DNA of 32,000 nucleotides. Source: Desulfotalea psychrophila LSv54 (GTDB taxonomy: Bacteria; Desulfobacterota; Desulfobulbia; Desulfobulbales; Desulfocapsaceae). The position numbers and the translations under genes are program-made. The notes beneath the pieces were generated by a model, which was given only the letters and a program-made list of their open reading frames with translations, did no database searches and was not told where the DNA came from. The stretch is taken from assembly GCF_000025945.1 (NCBI RefSeq), contig NC_006138.1, positions 2,670,001 through 2,702,000 on the forward strand. The letters are read 5' to 3'. This document shows, in pieces, positions 29,768-32,000 of the stretch. Position 1 is the stretch's first letter; every line of letters starts with the position of its first letter.

Positions 29768-30212
29768 AACGGTTAACCACTACTTAGAGAACACAGAGAT
29801 TTTTTAGGTAAACTACAGGTGTTGGGCCCCTGATGTTTGAAGGGCTGGCCTATGATGCCGTGCCCGATATCCAAGGGCAACGTCATCTGTAGAGCGGCCA
29901 CCTGGTGAAGATCTTTTCTAGACAAAGTTACCCTGTGCCTCCTTATTGGCATGTCTGGAATCATCGTCCCCAACTACTGGAAGAGTTGAGTCGCTTATTG
30001 CTTGGCTATGGTAGTCGGGGCTTGAATGGTGAGTTGGTCTAAAAACAGCAGCACCTGGCAGTAGCGGATGGTCGAGCATCCTGGAGCTGGCTTGAATGAC
30101 GACTGAAACAGAAAAGCTCCTTGACTTCTAAACGCCTGTTTTGTAACTGGTATTAGCTTGAGTTTACATAGGCGAATATTTGCGAGCAGGAGTACGATAA
30201 CTTGGTCCTCTC

Positions 30213-30240
30213 TTGAATGTGATCGAACGATCATATTCAA
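30213..30240. promoter_or_regulatory. 28-bp imperfect palindrome upstream of the methyltransferase gene
   Basis: TTGAATGTGATCG-AA-CGATCATATTCAA, one mismatch between the arms. Confidence 0.5.
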
Positions 30241-30276
30241 GATCCCCTTTAGATATAGAATGAAAGGAGTTGCAAG

Positions 30277-30990
30277 GTGATTACATTTGATAACTATTCG
30301 GATTTGTATGATGCCTGGTTTCAACGCAATCAGGTGATTTTGGAATCCGAGCTGCGTCTGGTGGCTCATGTGTTGGGAAAAAATCCAGGTAGAACTCTGA
30401 GTGTAGGCTGCGGTACAGGTCTGTTTGAGCAGCTGTTGCAGTCACAGTATGGCATTTCCATAAGCGAAGGCGTGGAGCCTTGCGAGCCCATGGGGGCCAT
30501 TGCCCGTAAACGCGGAATGACAGTGGCCGAGGCCGGGGCAGAGCAGATGCCTTTGGAAGACGGCTTGTATGACACGGTGATGTTTAATGGTTCACCAGGC
30601 TATATCGCCGATCTGGACGCAGCAGTGCTGGAGGCCCATCGTTTGCTCAAGATGGGGGGCCGGATTTTATTGATCGATGTGCCTGCAGAAAGTTCCTACG
30701 GTCTTCTTTATCGTTTAGGTGGCGCCTATGGTGCCTGGGAAGATGAGCGACTACGGGGGGTATTGCCTGTCGAGCCCTATCCTGTTGAGTTGGCCGGTGG
30801 CGCAAACTGGCGGCCCACTCAGGATAAAATCGATGCTGCCCTGAAGGCAGGGTTTACTGATTTATCCTATGCGCAGACCCTGACCAGGCATCCTTGTTTT
30901 TCCGACACCACTCCAGAAGACCCCACAGCGGGCTATCAGTCCGGTGATTATGTGGCCGTGTCTGCGGTTAAGCCCCTGGCCGCTGGCTGA
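30277..30990 (+). CDS. class I SAM-dependent methyltransferase
   Basis: RTLSVGCGTGLFEQLL (motif I), AEQMPLEDGLYDTVMFNGSPGYI and LKMGGRILLIDVPAESSYG. GTG start with AAAGGAG upstream. Confidence 0.85.
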   Translation: MITFDNYSDLYDAWFQRNQVILESELRLVAHVLGKNPGRTLSVGCGTGLFEQLLQSQYGISISEGVEPCEPMGAIARKRGMTVAEAGAEQMPLEDGLYDTVMFNGSPGYIADLDAAVLEAHRLLKMGGRILLIDVPAESSYGLLYRLGGAYGAWEDERLRGVLPVEPYPVELAGGANWRPTQDKIDAALKAGFTDLSYAQTLTRHPCFSDTTPEDPTAGYQSGDYVAVSAVKPLAAG

Positions 30991-31008
30991 AAACAGAGGT
31001 CTGTTGAA

Positions 31009-31665
31009 ATGAGTGATACTACCTTTTACGGTCGCTGCCTTAAGGCCTGTGGATCGAGCTGGGAGCTGGCTGCGGCTCATCCTTTTGTGGAAGGGCTGGC
31101 TCGCGGCCGCCTCAGTGCAGAGCAGATGCAGACCTATTTGATTCAGGATGGCCTCTATCTGCAGAACTATGTACGAGTCTGCCGCCTGTTGGCTAATCGG
31201 GCCGCCATCGCTTCTGATCGGCTCCTTTTTGAATATTCTGCCCGTCTGTCGGCAGAGGCAGAGCTGGGGTTGCAGGCAGAGCTTTTTCAGGCCCTGGGGC
31301 TGGAATGGAGAAATGCGCCACCAGAGCCTGCCACTGTGGCCTATATCTATCGGGAAAGCGAGGCGATGCTACACTCTTCTGAGCTGGTGGCCCTTGCTGC
31401 GGCTACCCCTTGTACCGTGCTGTATGCCGAGGTAGGGCGGCGGTTGGCAGAGCGGCCGGAAGCGGCAGCAGCCAACCATCCCTTTCGTCTCTGGCTGGAT
31501 CTCTATGCAGATGCCTCGGTGCAGGAGATGGCCCGGCAGTGGATACAGTGCTTGAACAGGTGGGCGGCAACTGCCAAACGGTCTGCAGAAGAACAGGCCT
31601 TAGAGGCATTTGCTGTCAGTATGCAGTGCGAGGTGGATTTTTGGGAGCAGGCCTGGGGGGCCTGA
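31009..31665 (+). CDS. tenA: TenA-family (thiaminase II / aminopyrimidine aminohydrolase-like) protein
   Basis: [60 protein letters not shown] and a C-terminal [11 protein letters not shown]. Confidence 0.8.
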   Translation: MSDTTFYGRCLKACGSSWELAAAHPFVEGLARGRLSAEQMQTYLIQDGLYLQNYVRVCRLLANRAAIASDRLLFEYSARLSAEAELGLQAELFQALGLEWRNAPPEPATVAYIYRESEAMLHSSELVALAAATPCTVLYAEVGRRLAERPEAAAANHPFRLWLDLYADASVQEMARQWIQCLNRWAATAKRSAEEQALEAFAVSMQCEVDFWEQAWGA

Positions 31666-31799
31666 GTAGCTATCCCTCAGGGGCAAGAGCCCTAGGGTTT
31701 GCCGGTGGAAACCTATGGCGAGGACTGGAAGATGCGCATTGCTCATGCTAAAATTCTCACCATCAATCCCGACGTACTGCTCTAAACCTTGTCGAAGTA

Positions 31800-32000
31800 T
31801 CGCTTTCCAGAAACTTGATCGCAACCCTACCTGCTTGCCTCCTCGCGGAGGCTTAGTTTGTCGTAAGTCAACTGCCTGTAGCGATACATTGCCGTTTCAG
31901 CCAGTGACCCTCTGGTGGTATCCTGTGCTTTCCTGCCACTCTTTCAACACACCTTTTCGCAGTGCTCTTACAGCGTCATTTCTCGGGTGGCTTCCTCCCA
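31800..32000 (-). pseudogene. C-terminal remnant of an IS5-like transposase, frameshifted
   Basis: One frame reads GGSHPRNDAVRALRKGVLKEWQESTGYHQ. It continues in another frame as RGSLAETAMYRYRQLTYDKLSLREEASR, matching the usual GYHRRSLAETAMFRYK... motif. Confidence 0.65.

Noticed and set aside
30902-31824. Alternative ORFs over the TenA gene (31152.., 31403.., 31410..)
   Set aside because: Out-of-frame reading of a GC-rich gene. The TenA frame has clear family motifs.

Overview
32 kb bacterial window. It reads as a mosaic of intact metabolic and signalling modules separated by decaying, repeat-rich accessory DNA.

(1) ~0.8-5.2 kb: degraded defence-like block on the minus strand. It holds a PD-(D/E)XK-like remnant, a TIR-domain gene, an upstream two-TM membrane gene broken by a 1-nt shift at an A6/T6 tract, an AbiH-family gene interrupted by one in-frame TAG, a DUF2971 gene and two unknown ORFs.
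(2) ~5.4-8.7 kb: four copies of a GC-rich interspersed element whose arms form co-varying stems, so it is a candidate structured RNA or mobile element. A YggL/DUF469-like remnant and a DUF6506 + GntR/FCD regulator pair lie between the copies.
(3) 10-17.4 kb: histidine catabolism, with hutH divergent from hutU, hutI and a fused formiminotransferase-cyclodeaminase.
(4) 17.5-20.5 kb: a cytosine deaminase that looks like yeast FCY1, a PAP2 lipoprotein phosphatase, truA plus a partial truA duplicate, and a dCache-like sensor pseudogene.
(5) 21-27.7 kb: probable five-gene operon of a triple-CheW protein, a soluble MCP with five tandem 366-bp PAS repeats, a GNAT acetyltransferase, an HDAC-like deacetylase and a YkgJ-like Cys-cluster protein. 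This is the best candidate for an undescribed system.
(6) 28-32 kb: transposase remnants, a second PAP2 paralogue, a methyltransferase and a TenA-family protein.

All family calls come from reading motifs by eye. No database search was run.
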